Position numbers and translations under genes: made by a program. 64,000 nucleotides of DNA, taken from Octopus sinensis. Lineage: Eukaryota. Under the pieces are notes generated by a model. The model did not search any database. It was not told where the DNA came from and was given only the letters and a program-made list of their open reading frames with translations. The stretch is from contig NC_043005.1 of the NCBI RefSeq assembly GCF_006345805.1, forward strand, positions 52,824,001 to 52,888,000. The letters are read 5' to 3'. This document shows, in pieces, positions 1 through 12,256 of the stretch; position 1 is the first letter of the stretch, and each line of letters starts with the position of its first letter.

Positions 1-103
1 CTTCCAATTTTGTAAAAACGGTATTGTGTGATTTGAGAGAGATATTTGGCTATCATTTCTTGCAGGTTAAGTGACCATACAGTGTAGCAGAGAGTAGGCA
101 CAA

Positions 104-435
104 TGTTGTCGTCATTGTTGTTGTTGTCGTCGTCATTGTCATTGTCGTTGTCATCATCATCATTATCATCATCATCAATTGTTTAACGTTCACCTTCCAT
201 GCTGGCACAGGTTGGATGGTTTGATAGGAGCTGGCCAAGCAGAAGACTCCTTGGATGCCCTTCCTAATTCCAACCACCCAGCAGAGTGGATTGAGTGCTT
301 TTTACGTAGACTGAGCACGTGCGAGGTCAGTTTTGGCATGGTCTTTTTACAGCTGGATGTCCTTCCAAATGCCAACCACATTGCAGTATGGATTGGATGC
401 TTTTTACATGGCACCAGCACTGGCAGGGTCACCAA
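104..435 (-). mobile_element. RTE-tail element (family C: RTE 3' UTR or RTE-dependent SINE) with (GAT)n tail
   Basis: Reverse complement reads ...GGAAGGGCATCCAGCTGTA...AACCTGTGCCAGCATGGAAGGTGAACGTTAAAC followed by (GAT/GAC)n. Same family recurs many times in the window. Confidence 0.75.
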
Positions 436-821
436 GCAACTTGCAAGACAAAGATTCTTTCAAAGGGGAGGGGACACTGGAGGAGGTGATCTTGTGTCAG
501 ATGTGTGACTGAGGGAGAGAGACAAAAATTTACATGTTGTATATACTAACAGTTTCATAAAATTTACAAGTACATTGTTACCTGTAGTACTCGAGTTCGA
601 TCTCCAGCCAGGGGAATTTTACCTCACTATATTGATTTCTCTACCCTTTATAAATACTAAATAGCAACAAAGTATCAAATTTCTTGCTGATATCTTTATG
701 ATAAAGAAATTTAAGTCTCATCATTGCCCTGTTATGTACCTTTGAGCATACCATTTCCTCAGAGTTTCAATCTACTATTCAAAGCAAAAGGCCATGGGTT
801 TACATTTCATCACTGGAACTG

Positions 822-995
822 TACATTAGCGGTATTTCATATGTCTTTATGTTCTGAGTTGAAATTCCGCTGAGGTCGACTTTGCCTTTCATCCTTTCAG
901 GGGTCAATAAATTAAGTACCAGTTGCATTCTGGGTCGATCTAATTGACTGGCCCCCTCCCACAAAATTTCAAATCTTGTGCCTAGAGTAGAAAAG
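822..995 (+). mobile_element. SINE family B (partial)
   Basis: GTTCTGAGTTGAAATTCCGCTGAGGTCGACTTTGCCTTTCATCCTTTC motif shared with copies at 14485, 16952, 18850 and 28392. Confidence 0.75.
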
Positions 996-1103
996 GCAAT
1001 TGAGTAACTGAGCCTCTCATGGAGGCTCAGTTACTCAATTGCAAATGCATTAGAGTTCAGTCAGGTGAATGACAGATGCCAAGTGCTTAATATACATTCT
1101 GTG

Positions 1104-1430
1104 AAGGCATATGGCTTAGTGGTTAGGGTAATTGGCTCATGACCATAAGGTCATGAGTTCAATTCCCGGCAACACATTGTGTCCTTGAGCAAGACACTTT
1201 ATTTCATGTTGCTCCAGTCCACTCGGCTTGCAAAAAATGAGTTGTACTTGTTTTTCAATGGGCCAGCCTTGTCACATTCTGTATCATGCTGAATCTTCCT
1301 GAGAACTATGTTATGGGTATGTCTGCAGAGTGTCTGTGGAACGGTCGGCCACTTACATGTTAATTTCATGAGCTGGTTATTTTGTTGATAGGATCAACTT
1401 GAACTTTCATGACCAACAGAGTGCCAGTCT
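1104..1430 (+). mobile_element. tRNA-headed SINE family D variant
   Basis: A-box-like TGGCTTAGTGG, B-box-like GTTCAATTCC, then GTGTCCTTGAGCAAGACACTTTATTTCA central domain. Confidence 0.7.
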
Positions 1431-1589
1431 AGTCTAATATACATTCTTGAAACCAAGGTCTTCTATGTGATCTGAGAAATCCCCACTCCAGTATGTTGTG
1501 TCTTACTACAAATCCTCTTCTGAAGGCTCAGATATTTAATTGGAATTTCATTAGAATTCCCTTAAGAAAACAGCAAGAGCTTTGTTGGT

Positions 1590-1855
1590 TCCTAGCCACA
1601 TAGTTCTGGGGTCAGTCCCCCTGCATAGTAACTTGGGCAACTGTCTTCTACTATAGACTCAGGCTGACCAAAGACTTGTGAGTGGATTTGGCAGATGGAA
1701 ACTGGAAGAAACCCATCGTATATGTATATATCTACATGTGAATTTGTGTCTATATTTGTCCCTCACCACTGCTTGACAACTGGTGTTGGTTTGTTTACAT
1801 TCTTGTAATTTAGCAGTTTGGCAAAAAGAGACTGATAGAATAAATACCACGTTTA
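1590..1855 (+). mobile_element. SINE family A (truncated)
   Basis: GACCAAAGxCTTGTGAGTGGATTTGG...GAAACTG body shared with the full copy at 1877. Confidence 0.75.
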
Positions 1856-1876
1856 AAAAAAAAATAGATAATTATA

Positions 1877-2255
1877 GGCATAGGAGTGGCTGTGTGGTAA
1901 GTAGCTTGCTTACAGACCACACGATTCCGGGTTCTACTACAGCCTCAGGCTGACCAAAGCCTTGTGAGTGGATTTGGTAGATGGAAACTGAAATAAGCCT
2001 GCCGTATATATGTATATATATGTGTGTGTACATGTGTGTATATATGTTTGTGTGTCTGTGTTTGTCCCCCAACATCACTTGACAACCGATGCTAGTGTGT
2101 TTATGTCCCCGTAACTCAGCAGTTCGGCAAAAGAGACCAATAGAATAAGTACTAGGCTTACAAAGAATAAGTCTTGGGATCGATTTACTCAACTAAAGGT
2201 GGTGCTCCAGCATGGCCACAGTCAAATGACTGAAACAAGTAAAAGAGTAAAAGAG
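1877..2255 (+). mobile_element. SINE family A, near full length (CORE-like CCTTGGGCAAG family; that segment is deleted in this copy)
   Basis: GGAGTGGCTGTGTGGTAAG head, internal (TA/TG)n, tail CCAGCATGGCCACAGTCAAATGACTGAAACAAGTAAAAGAG. More than 15 related copies in the window. Confidence 0.85.
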
Positions 2256-4819
2256 AGAGAGTGAAGAGTATTCAGGTCAATTCATTCGACTAAAAATTCT
2301 TCAAGGCAGTGCCCCAGCATGGCCATAGTCTGATGTCTGAAACAAGTAATAATTTGGAAGCTAAAAGAATTGCTTGGTATGTAGTTTTGAATTTAATGTC
2401 TTCTATATGATCTAGATATGGTAATGGGGTATTACTACACCAGTATGTCGTGTTTTCTCAGAAATCCCCCAAATCAGCAAATTTCCAGAGCTTTATACAT
2501 GTCACATAGCACCATAGCTCTATAACTGGAAAGCTTCCCTCCAAGGTTTATTCCTAGACAAGATTTTTCTATGGAAGTCTAGCAAGTACTTGCTCACACA
2601 TGCAAATATTCCCTCTCTTCACTACCAATTTTGTTCAGAGAAAATATAAGGGCTTACAACAGCATGGTACTAGAGTCATTACAGGTTCTAACTGATTATC
2701 AGAACAGAAAAAGCTGGAGCAGATATTGCAAAGCAATCCATCCAATACTCCAACAATTCTACCAAACCAATGTCTGGATCTGGTACCATACTTCTCTTCA
2801 GCCATCCACCTGGTGTCCTTCCTGTGTTCAGGGGTCAGCTTGCCAAGACATTCTAGTTCCCTCAGTGTTGTATTGCACACAAGCCCTTACCTCCAGTTCA
2901 TTCTTTGATGTCATCAGTACACAACAATCTTTTGTTGATGTCATGCTTTCTTCCCTCCACTCTTCCTACACTAATTTTGTAGCTTTGATCCTTAAAAATA
3001 GGCAATAGTTGTTTTGGAGCTTTCAGCTTTTCTATAACTGTAACCTTTGTTACCCTACCTTTCCAGTTTGTTCTACAGAGCCTGCAAAAAGTCCACATGT
3101 AAGATTGTTATTGTTGTTGTTGTTAAGCAACAAGACGGGTAAGGATGATTAGGTGATGGTCTAGGGCTTAGGGGTGGGAGACCCCAGACCTTGAAAAAAA
3201 AAAACTTTGGTCGTCTTGTTGTAGACGAGGGCTTTTTGTTGATGCCCAACACCACTGAGAGGTGGCCCTCGAAGTCGCTGGAAATGGAGATCTCCAGGTC
3301 CAAATTCTTGAACAGCCATTTAAAAAGATGAAAGGCAAAGCTGACAACAGTGGGATTTGAACACAGGGTACAAAGAGCCAGAGAAAATACTGCAAAGTCA
3401 GTACTCTAATGAATCCACCAATTCATTGCTTTAATTAGCACAATTATTAGGTTATTAACAACAGAGTGAATCAGAAGTCATGCACCGAAACACTCAACAT
3501 TTTATATGTATTATGTTATCAATATTTCATTATTCATTTTGCTCATCATATACAAGTACATGTGTACTCATCATTATTTTATTTTATTATTCAATTTTAG
3601 AAAAGTTGAAGCATGTCTTTGACAGTTCCACAGCGTATTTAACTTAATTTGTGCATGACTTTTGGCCCATCCAGTAGATGGCACTTTGGCTTTACTCTCC
3701 AAGATGAGCAGGTATGGCTGTGTGGTAAGAAGCTTGTTTCTTAACCTCATGGTTCCAGAATCAGTCCCACCACATAGCACCTTGGGCAAGTGTCTTCTAC
3801 AATAGCCTTGGGCTGACCAAAGCCTTCTGAGTGGCATAAGGTGCCTGTGGAAGAAACACACTATATTTTGTTCTATTTCAATGTAGCATTCTCCTTTCAT
3901 TTTTATTTCTTTCAGACATTAGACTGTAGCCATGCTGGAGCAATGCCTTGAAGAATCTTAGTCAAACAAATCAACCCCAGTACCTATTTTGTTTAAACCT
4001 GGTTCTTCTTCTATCATTTTTTCTTTTTTTTTTGTTGAATTGCTAAGTTATTGTGACAAATACACACCAGCACTGGTTGTCAAGTGGTAGTGGAGATGAA
4101 CACAGACACAAAGACATACACATATATATTGTGACCCCCTTTGGTCATGAATGACCATGGGATTGCACTGAGAAAGTTACAAGTCTGGGCAAGGTTGTTT
4201 ATGGAAGACCAGCATTATTGTCTGGTATGCTAATGATTCTACCAGCTCGCCACCTTCTTTAAACATTTAATAAGCAGCATTTTGTCCATCTTCACATTCT
4301 GAGCTCAAATTCTGATACGGTCAACTTTTGTCTTTCAGCCTTTTGGGGTCATAGGGTTGATGTAATCAGCCTCTCCCTTCCTTCAAAATCTCCTGGTTCT
4401 GTGCCAAATTTTGAAAGCAGTACTGAAAAGTAGCCACAACATGAAAGAATGAATGAATTATTGTTTTTAAATCAAGAAATTTTTTTATTAATTGTCCTTT
4501 GAAATTTAATTTTAAAAATTTATATGATAGGAGCTGATAAGTCATCAACGATTCCGTACAAGAGTCAATAGTAGCCAAATTTCTCTTAAAGCACATCTCT
4601 TAAGTATCAAAGGACATCTCGGTGAAGTAGTTTAGGTGCACTCTGCTGATAGAAAAAGGCTTGATGGTCACATTAGGAATGTTATTATACATGGCTGATT
4701 TAGTGCTTTTTAAAGAGACATCTTATTTAACGATATTTAAGAATACTAATTTATAATTATTAACGAATGTACATATATATGTATGTGTGTGTGTGTGTGT
4801 ATATATATATCTACACACA

Positions 4820-5156
4820 CTGAAACCCCCTTCGGTCATGACTGACCATGGGATTACACCTAGGAAGTTACCCTCCCAGGCACAAGTCTGGGCAAGGTTG
4901 TTTATGGAAGACCAGCAGTCACCCATGCATACTGGCCTCCCCTATCCACACCACCAGTGTTATCCAAGGGAAAGGCAAAGGACGATACAGCTTGGCACCT
5001 GTGACATCACAACTCATTTCTATAGCTGAGTGAGTTGCAGCAATGTGAAATAAAGTGTCTTGATCAAGAAAACAACACGTAGCTCAGTCCGGTATTTGAA
5101 CTCAGAACTTCGCGATTGTAAGCTCTACGCTCAAACCACTGGGCGATGTTCCTTCA
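4820..5156 (-). mobile_element. tRNA-headed SINE family D
   Basis: Reverse complement matches the + copy at 56802-57090 (head with Pol III box-like motifs, CTTGAxCAAGACACTTTATTTCAC, GTCTTCCATAAACAACCTTGCC, GACCGAAGGGGGT). Confidence 0.8.
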
Positions 5157-5508
5157 CATATATTTTGCTCGTTTGGCTATTTAAATGAGGTAAATAAGTT
5201 TAAATCATAGTAATTTTCACACAGTTATGACTGTACACTCTCTGACTTTGATTTTTGCTATGGCTTATACAGGTTTCTAGCAACATCTGGCAATAATGAG
5301 CTGCTGTTGGGTAGCAACACTAAATTGCATTATGCAATTCAGCTGCTGCAGCCTACATTTCCTTCAGTTTTAGTTGAGTTGTGGTCAGTGTATGGTGCTT
5401 GTTTGTTTCAAATGACGTTTTAGTTACTCTGCGTTGTATTAGTTACAAATTCACGTAGTGAGTTGCACTTAGAGTGTAAATAACATTTTATTTCAATTCC
5501 AGGCTGAG

Positions 5509-7016
5509 ATGGGTAAACAAAGAGATCTTAGTCCCCATAAAATTGGACAAATAGAAGTGTATTTGAAGGATGCCTCATTTAAATGGAGAGAAATTGCAAC
5601 GAAACTAAATGTTTCAACTCAATCGATTCGTGCAATTAAGAAAAAAAATGGCAAAAAGGGTGGGTAACTGTGGTAGGAAATGAGTAACAACCCCTAGGAT
5701 TGACAGAAAAATAAAAAGAATTTTTCTCAATAAAAGAAGAGCATCTTGTAGTAAGATTTCCTGTGAATTAATGGAAGAGAGCATCACTGTACATCGAAGA
5801 ACGATTAACAACAGACTTTTGGAAGGTGGATTATATCATCCAAGGAAAAAAACCATGCATGGGCTAAAAATTATATTGCATGGACTTCAGAGCAATTGGA
5901 GCAGGTAAGACTACCTAAATTAGTGAATTAAAGTCTTTATGTATTGTGTCCATGATAAAATATATCTTTATATATAAAAGTAAGGTTGTGTGTCTGTCTC
6001 CTACAATTTAGATTCCTAACTACTCCCACATTTTGCAGTGCAGTTTAACCAAAACCGGGTATCTTATAGTCGTGATTTATATCGAGCCCTTCTGGGTATT
6101 AGCGCGCGTCTACGATGAGTCTACAATTTAAAAAAAAATTTACCATCATTTTTTCCATTTTAATGCATTTTTTCGCTATTAAATAAGGGAAGTAACTCTC
6201 TAAAAATGTCTACGATGAGTCAACGATTTAAAAAAAAATTACCATAATTCTTTTTCCATTTTTAATGCATTTTTTTGGCTATAACTCTCTAAAAATGCTT
6301 ATATAGTTATTTCCCTTACAAACCCGAGCAACGCCGGGCGATACTGCTAGTTATTGATAAAATAAGATGTTGCCATTGATTTCAGTCATCAAACCAGCTT
6401 TATAAAGGATTGTTTAAAAACAGCTATTATTTCTGACTGTCACAGACTAAAACAATAACTTATTCTGGATGTCCTATTAATCAAATATGGTTTTTAATTG
6501 TTGCAGGTGGTGTTTTCGGATGAATCCATCATAGCAGTGCTCGATGATCGGGTGCAAAGCTTGAGAAGGAGGCTTGGTGAGGAATTTTGTCCAGACAGTC
6601 TTTGAAAAACATTAAAATTTCCACAGAAGACTATGGTTTGGGGGACAATTTCTGCCTATGGAACTAGTTGCCTGAAAATAATTGAAGGTTCTATGAACCA
6701 AAAGAGCTACATGGAAGTACTTAGAAGTAGAGTAATACCACAAGTACAGGAATGGTATAGAGACAGGCCTTGGATATTCCAACGGGACTCGGCACCATGC
6801 CATACAGCAAAATTGGTAAAGATATGGTTCACTGAAAATGCTGTTAAAAGATGAAATACAATCCCATATTACAATCAAAAGCCTCCTTATTGATCACCTC
6901 ATACAGGTTTGGTTCCAGTCAGATAGAATCAAGGACTTGTGCAGAATTAGTTTGTGGCATGCCTTGATGTGTACAAGCCTTTAATTCTGCTAAAGGAGGA
7001 CAAATTGGCGGGTGAA
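5509..7016 (+). pseudogene. Decayed Tc1-like transposase, split by a GT-AG intron at 5905-6506
   Basis: Manual translation: MGKQRDLS..(HTH)..GRK*VTTPRIDRKIKRI..RTINNRLLEGGL..HAWAKNYIAWTSEQLEQ | VVFSDES..KFPQKTMVWGTISAYG..FQRDSAPCHTAK..LVCGMP*CVQAFNSAKGG. Carries frameshifts and stops, and the WPxxSPDLNPIE block with the third catalytic residue is missing. A 3' end-like ...GTTTCCAGAACTG|TA lies at 7138; the 5' TIR was not found. Confidence 0.85.
5965..6350 (+). mobile_element. Non-autonomous Helitron
   Basis: Starts TC after A5964 and ends CTAG (6347-6350) before T6351. GC-rich hairpin CCCGAGCAACGCCGGG (6323-6338) lies just upstream of the end. No TSD or TIR. Confidence 0.8.
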
Positions 7017-7233
7017 ATACAAGTTCTCTGTAAATAATAGGAAATAAATCATCTGCCAATACATTAATTAAGTTTAATTTACCTTTCTACATAGAAATAC
7101 CAAAATTTCAAAGATCCATAATAATGTTTCCAGAACTGTATATATCTATATACAACACATGTATGTATGTACGTATCTCTCTCTCTATATATATATACAT
7201 ATATATACACACACATACATACCTCACTCTAAG

Positions 7234-7265
<32 letters not shown>

Positions 7266-7589
7266 TGTGTGCGTGCATGACTCAGAAATAACAGGTACCC
7301 ATGTATTGATGCACTGACTAACAGAGTGGGCATACTATTATTATTATTAATAAACCACAGTACCAATAGGATTAATACGAACCTGATGATTAAATGGATG
7401 ATATTTGAATATAATACATTTTATCCTTGTTATTATCATTATGTAGGGGCAACTCCCGTCCCTCGAGTCACTCCGTTAGTTCTGCTGATTAATTATGTGT
7501 ATATATATATATATGAGTATGTGTGTGTAGTAATGTTTTCAGTTCTATCACATTTATATACCTAGCTTATCATTATCAATAAGTATATA

Positions 7590-7903
7590 CGTTAATCCCT
7601 CACCCATATCGCGGTTGTCCCCTCTATGTTTAGCCCCTTGTGGGCAATAAAGAAATATATTTAAGCTTACGACAATTCCTCTGTGGTGTTGTTTCGCATT
7701 TATAATAAAATAAATATTTATAAATTATAGAAACAATTAAAAAAATATATACAGTATATCAACGGCGGTGCATCAGCATGGCCGCAGCTCTGAGCTGAAA
7801 CGAAAAAACAAAAACAAAAAAAGTACTGTTTCTACTTCGCGGATTTTCACCTATTGCGGGGGTGGATTTGGAACGTAATACCCGCAATAGTCGAGGATTA
7901 CTG
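7590..7903. mobile_element. Possible pogo/Tigger-like MITE carrying inserted SINE/LINE tails
   Basis: Degenerate ends (C)GTTAATCCCTC...ATATCGCGG and CCCGCAATAGTCGAGGATTACTG. A family B tail (7615-7660) and a LINE-like tail (7764-7821) lie inside. Confidence 0.4.
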
Positions 7904-8269
7904 ATAATGTATGTATGTATATATATATATACATACATATATCTATTTATCTATATATAGTATACTATGCTATACGATAATTGGGGTTGATTGTGCTGAA
8001 CTATTGTTATCAAGTGTCCCGGTCATCACATACAGCCTTTTTCAGGAGATGGGGTGACGCAGTCTGGTGGGAGCCCTATCAGATAATCGTTTCTAGAAGT
8101 AGAGACAGTAATGATTGTGATTTACGGAAGAATTGGCTGCTATTTCTAGGATAATGAGCAACTTCAGGAGTCTCGTGTGTTGGTCCGTACACATGATATA
8201 TATATATATATACTTATACACTTTCCTCTCTCTTCACTAGGCATGCATGCGCGTGCGTTCTATATTTAT

Positions 8270-8504
8270 TTTCTTAATAAGGCCGCAAAATAATTCGGGC
8301 GAACAGAATTTGAAATGGCGCGTTCCCTCTCAGTATGCAACTTATACATACTTTCATATATTCGAATATACATACATATATATACACATGTATTTATATG
8401 CATATATATATATATGCTGAGCGCGAATGAACAATTTCAAATTCATTTCAATCGTTGCCTTATTATAATCAAATGTAGCTAGCATAATAATAATAATACA
8501 TATA

Positions 8505-8536
<32 letters not shown>

Positions 8537-9520
8537 CATGCATATGTAGGTATGTGTGTACTTAACTACAAACTATTCTTCGAAAAATAAACAAAAGGGC
8601 CCAGGTTGAAATGTAAGCACTCCTCGTCATCCTATTTCATGTTAACTTTTACTAATTTTATTATTTACTTAAATTAGTTTGGGTCTGCTGTCTCATTTAC
8701 TACATCTAATTAACATTATTCGTCTTTTTTTTTTTTTGTAATTTTCAGTTCGTCGAATTTTTTCACATGGTCTTTGTACGGAAATGCTAACTAGATCATA
8801 ATCATATCACCATACAGGGTTGATGCAAAACCTATTATGTAGTTTTCTGTAGTCACCCATTAATGGATTCACGCTTGCTAACAAAGACGGTGCTCTATAT
8901 CCGCGCACGTGCTACATTTATCAAAAATAAAATCCGATAATTATACATTTATATTTCAAATTATGTTTTGAAGATTTTATATATATATATATATTTATAT
9001 ATATCACATAAATAAATTTAGAGATGGAAACCAGAGGCAAGTATTCTGTGTAAACAGTTCATTGTATGTTTTTATTTTTCATTTTCACTCTCGTTTTTTG
9101 TACGGAAAAGCTAATTAAATCACAGTCATTCCACCAATACACATCGATGAGAATCAATACTGTGATTTAAATCTTCAAAATCACCCCATCAATGGATACA
9201 ATATGTTTTGCTGACAAGGAGCAGGAGACCTGCATCCGCGCACGTGTTTTATTTTTTTATTTAAAAAAATCAAAATTCCCGAAGAACAATTTTAAACGAA
9301 TACAAACAATCATAAATTTTTATTTAAAATTATATACATATTTTTAAAACATAAATTACACAATATTATAACTACAAATAAATAATAAATTTTTGACATC
9401 GAAATCAGAGCCAGTAGTTTTCCGTGTAAACAGCTCGCTGCCATGTGGTTGCTGAACTGACAGGAAGTGCGAGACAAGCATGTATGGCTGCCACTTCCTG
9501 TTATAATGGGTTGTGTGCTC
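8270..9520 (+). promoter_or_regulatory. Putative promoter region of the host gene
   Basis: Nearly free of the window's SINEs, with CpG-containing patches. YY1-like GAAATGGCG (~8312), two ATCCGCGCACGTG E-boxes (8899, 9234), two GTGTAAACAG forkhead-like sites (9048, 9424), inverted ETS-like pair ACAGGAAGTG/CACTTCCTGT (9460-9501). Lies 0.7-2 kb upstream of the ATG exon. Confidence 0.5.
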
Positions 9521-10248
9521 GCTTCTGGCTTTGCTCTTTAAATACTTCTCCCTTTCTTTCTCTGTCTCTCTCCTTGTTTCTTTCTGTCTCTCTCTATCTC
9601 TTTGTGTCTTTCTATCTCTCTATATATCTATTATTTTATTTAACTCTCCCTCTCTTTCTCTCTCTCCCCCATCCTCTTCATTCTGTATAGTAATATACAG
9701 TTATATACATATATTCATATATATATATATATATACACACATACTCACTTTTATACATACACATACAAAAACACCAGATATTTATATCTATATAGATATA
9801 AATATATATATATACATATACATACTTAGAAAATATATTAATTTAATTCGATGTATATGTATGTACACATATACAGATAAATATATGGTATGTATATACT
9901 CTTTCAATGTTCATGTACCCGCGGTTAAATTGGGCTGGCTAAAGCAAAAACAATACAAAACAAAGCAAAGCAAAGCAAAACAAGGAAGATGAAGTAGAAG
10001 AAAAAGAATAATAAGAAAGAAAGAAAGGAAGAAAAAAAGGTGGGGGTAAGAAATCATAAGGAAGAAGAAAGAAAGAAAAGGAGAACAGAAAGAAACAAAT
10101 AAGTAAAAGAAAAAAAGGACATACAAAAAGGAAAAGGAAAAAAAAAATAACTAAAAAAAACAACAACAACAGCAAAAAAAAAAAACAAAAAAAAAAAAAA
10201 CCCGCCGCCGTAGTGGTTTTTGGTTGTAGGAGTTTTCTGAAGAGAACA

Positions 10249-10367
10249 ATGCCTAGACAGAAGAGACGTAGCCAGGCTGAGATGCTCATGGAGGAGGTGA
10301 GCGTTCTGATGCGGCGCGATTCCGAGACTGAGGAAGAACATGAAAATCGAATCGCACAGTATCAAAG
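10249..10367 (+). CDS. Probable first coding exon of an unidentified multi-exon gene (MPRQKRRSQAEMLMEEVSVLMRRDSETEEEHENRIAQYQ-, phase 2)
   Basis: GC/CpG-rich open frame of 39 codons + 2 nt, ATG with A at -3, ends at donor AG|GTAACA (GT at 10368). A TTGTAG acceptor at 10224-10229 could instead make it an internal exon 10230-10367, since the frame stays open upstream of the ATG. Confidence 0.6.
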
Positions 10368-11400
10368 GTAACATTCTCGCTACTAACAAGTTGTTTTCCC
10401 ACTCTTCAACCTGTACCCCCCTCATAAAAAAAAAAAAAAAAAACTACAGTGAATTATGCTATTGAAAAATATGGATATATATATATACACCATGCATATA
10501 TATATCTACATACACATGTATGTACCTATGTATACGTTTTATATATATATTTATGTGATACCTATCCTGGCTTCATCATTTAATTAAACATATATATCCA
10601 TATCTATATATATATATTATAAATGATGAGAATAATGCTAATAATATACATACATCCATACATATGTATGTATAGGTGAGGATGAATATCTGTGTGGAGC
10701 GTGTATATATATGTATACATACTGTAAAAGTGTAGTTGTATACATATCCGTAAAGGAGGGAAAATGCAGCTATGTATGTATAAAGGAACGAAAATCGTGT
10801 GCATGATATGTATAGATGAATATCGTAAGTATGTGGATGAGGAAAAATAAATCCGTGTTTGTATATATAAAATAGTCTAAAGACTAATAAAACGAGGGTG
10901 TTTCTACATAGATTCTGGTTTATTTATGTATACAGGGAAAATGCAGATACATGCTGTATAATAGAAAGGATATTTATGTGTATATATTTTTATAAATACA
11001 ATATGCAATTAGAATATATAGTCGAGTATATTATTATTATATATATATATATATATATAATGAAAATGCATGTGTAAAACTACATTAAGAAATGAAGAAA
11101 GCCAAAATATACATGTGAAACGGGAAAGGAGGGAAAATGCATATAAAATATATACGCATTTATGTTTCAATAACGAAGTGCTAAACGAAACCACACCAGT
11201 GTGTATATAAAGGACAGTATATATACACATGAATGTATATATGTGTGTTTATATGCACATCTGTATTATACATGTGTATATAAGCCGAAAATAGCATTCG
11301 TGGCTTCGCGGTTTTTTTTCTCCATTTAAATACAAATTTAGGGTCATTCCTTCCTACGCGAAATACGTGCTTCCCACTAACAGGATCGGGGGGAAATCTA

Positions 11401-11445
<45 letters not shown>

Positions 11446-11634
11446 TCGTATCACAAATATTATAGATTAGTAGAAGACAGGTATCGCTCGTGCCGGTTTT
11501 TATTTTATTATTCCTTTTAATTATCTAAATTCATTATACGTATCTTTGTGTGTGTATATGAAGGTATGTATATATGCACAACGGTAAACACAAAAAGTAA
11601 ATTCGAGTTTATATAAAATTAAAACACCGATAGC

Positions 11635-11692
<58 letters not shown>

Positions 11693-12215
11693 ACATATAC
11701 ACACTTCCGTCCTCTTCGTAGTTCTCCGTAGTGGTATTATAATTAACAGTTGTAGCAATTAAAAACCACAATTATTTTGTTCAGCATTACTATTGTTATT
11801 ATTATTATTATCAGCTTCATTTCGTGGTATCTTCTACGCCATTAATTAAGGAAATCTTTAATGAACAACAATTTATTTTATGAAATATAATAGCATCGAA
11901 TATACATTGATGAATAATATATATTTACAAATAAATAATAGACATTTTATCAATAATGGGGGGAACAGCGCCTTTTTTCTCCTTCCCCGCCACTCTGCTT
12001 CACCCTTTCATTACACATTTCATCTAACCAGATACAAGCATCTGCTTTTCTGCATGTTTGTTAGAAGCAGATAAAAGCTGTTAGCAGTGATTATTAAGCT
12101 AATCAATCGACTAATCTGGTGTATATATATATACACACCTTTATCGAGGCGAGTTCTTAACGGTGATAATATTGAATTGATCCTTTGCTCTGATTAACGA
12201 CATCCCTATGTGTGC

Positions 12216-12256
<41 letters not shown>

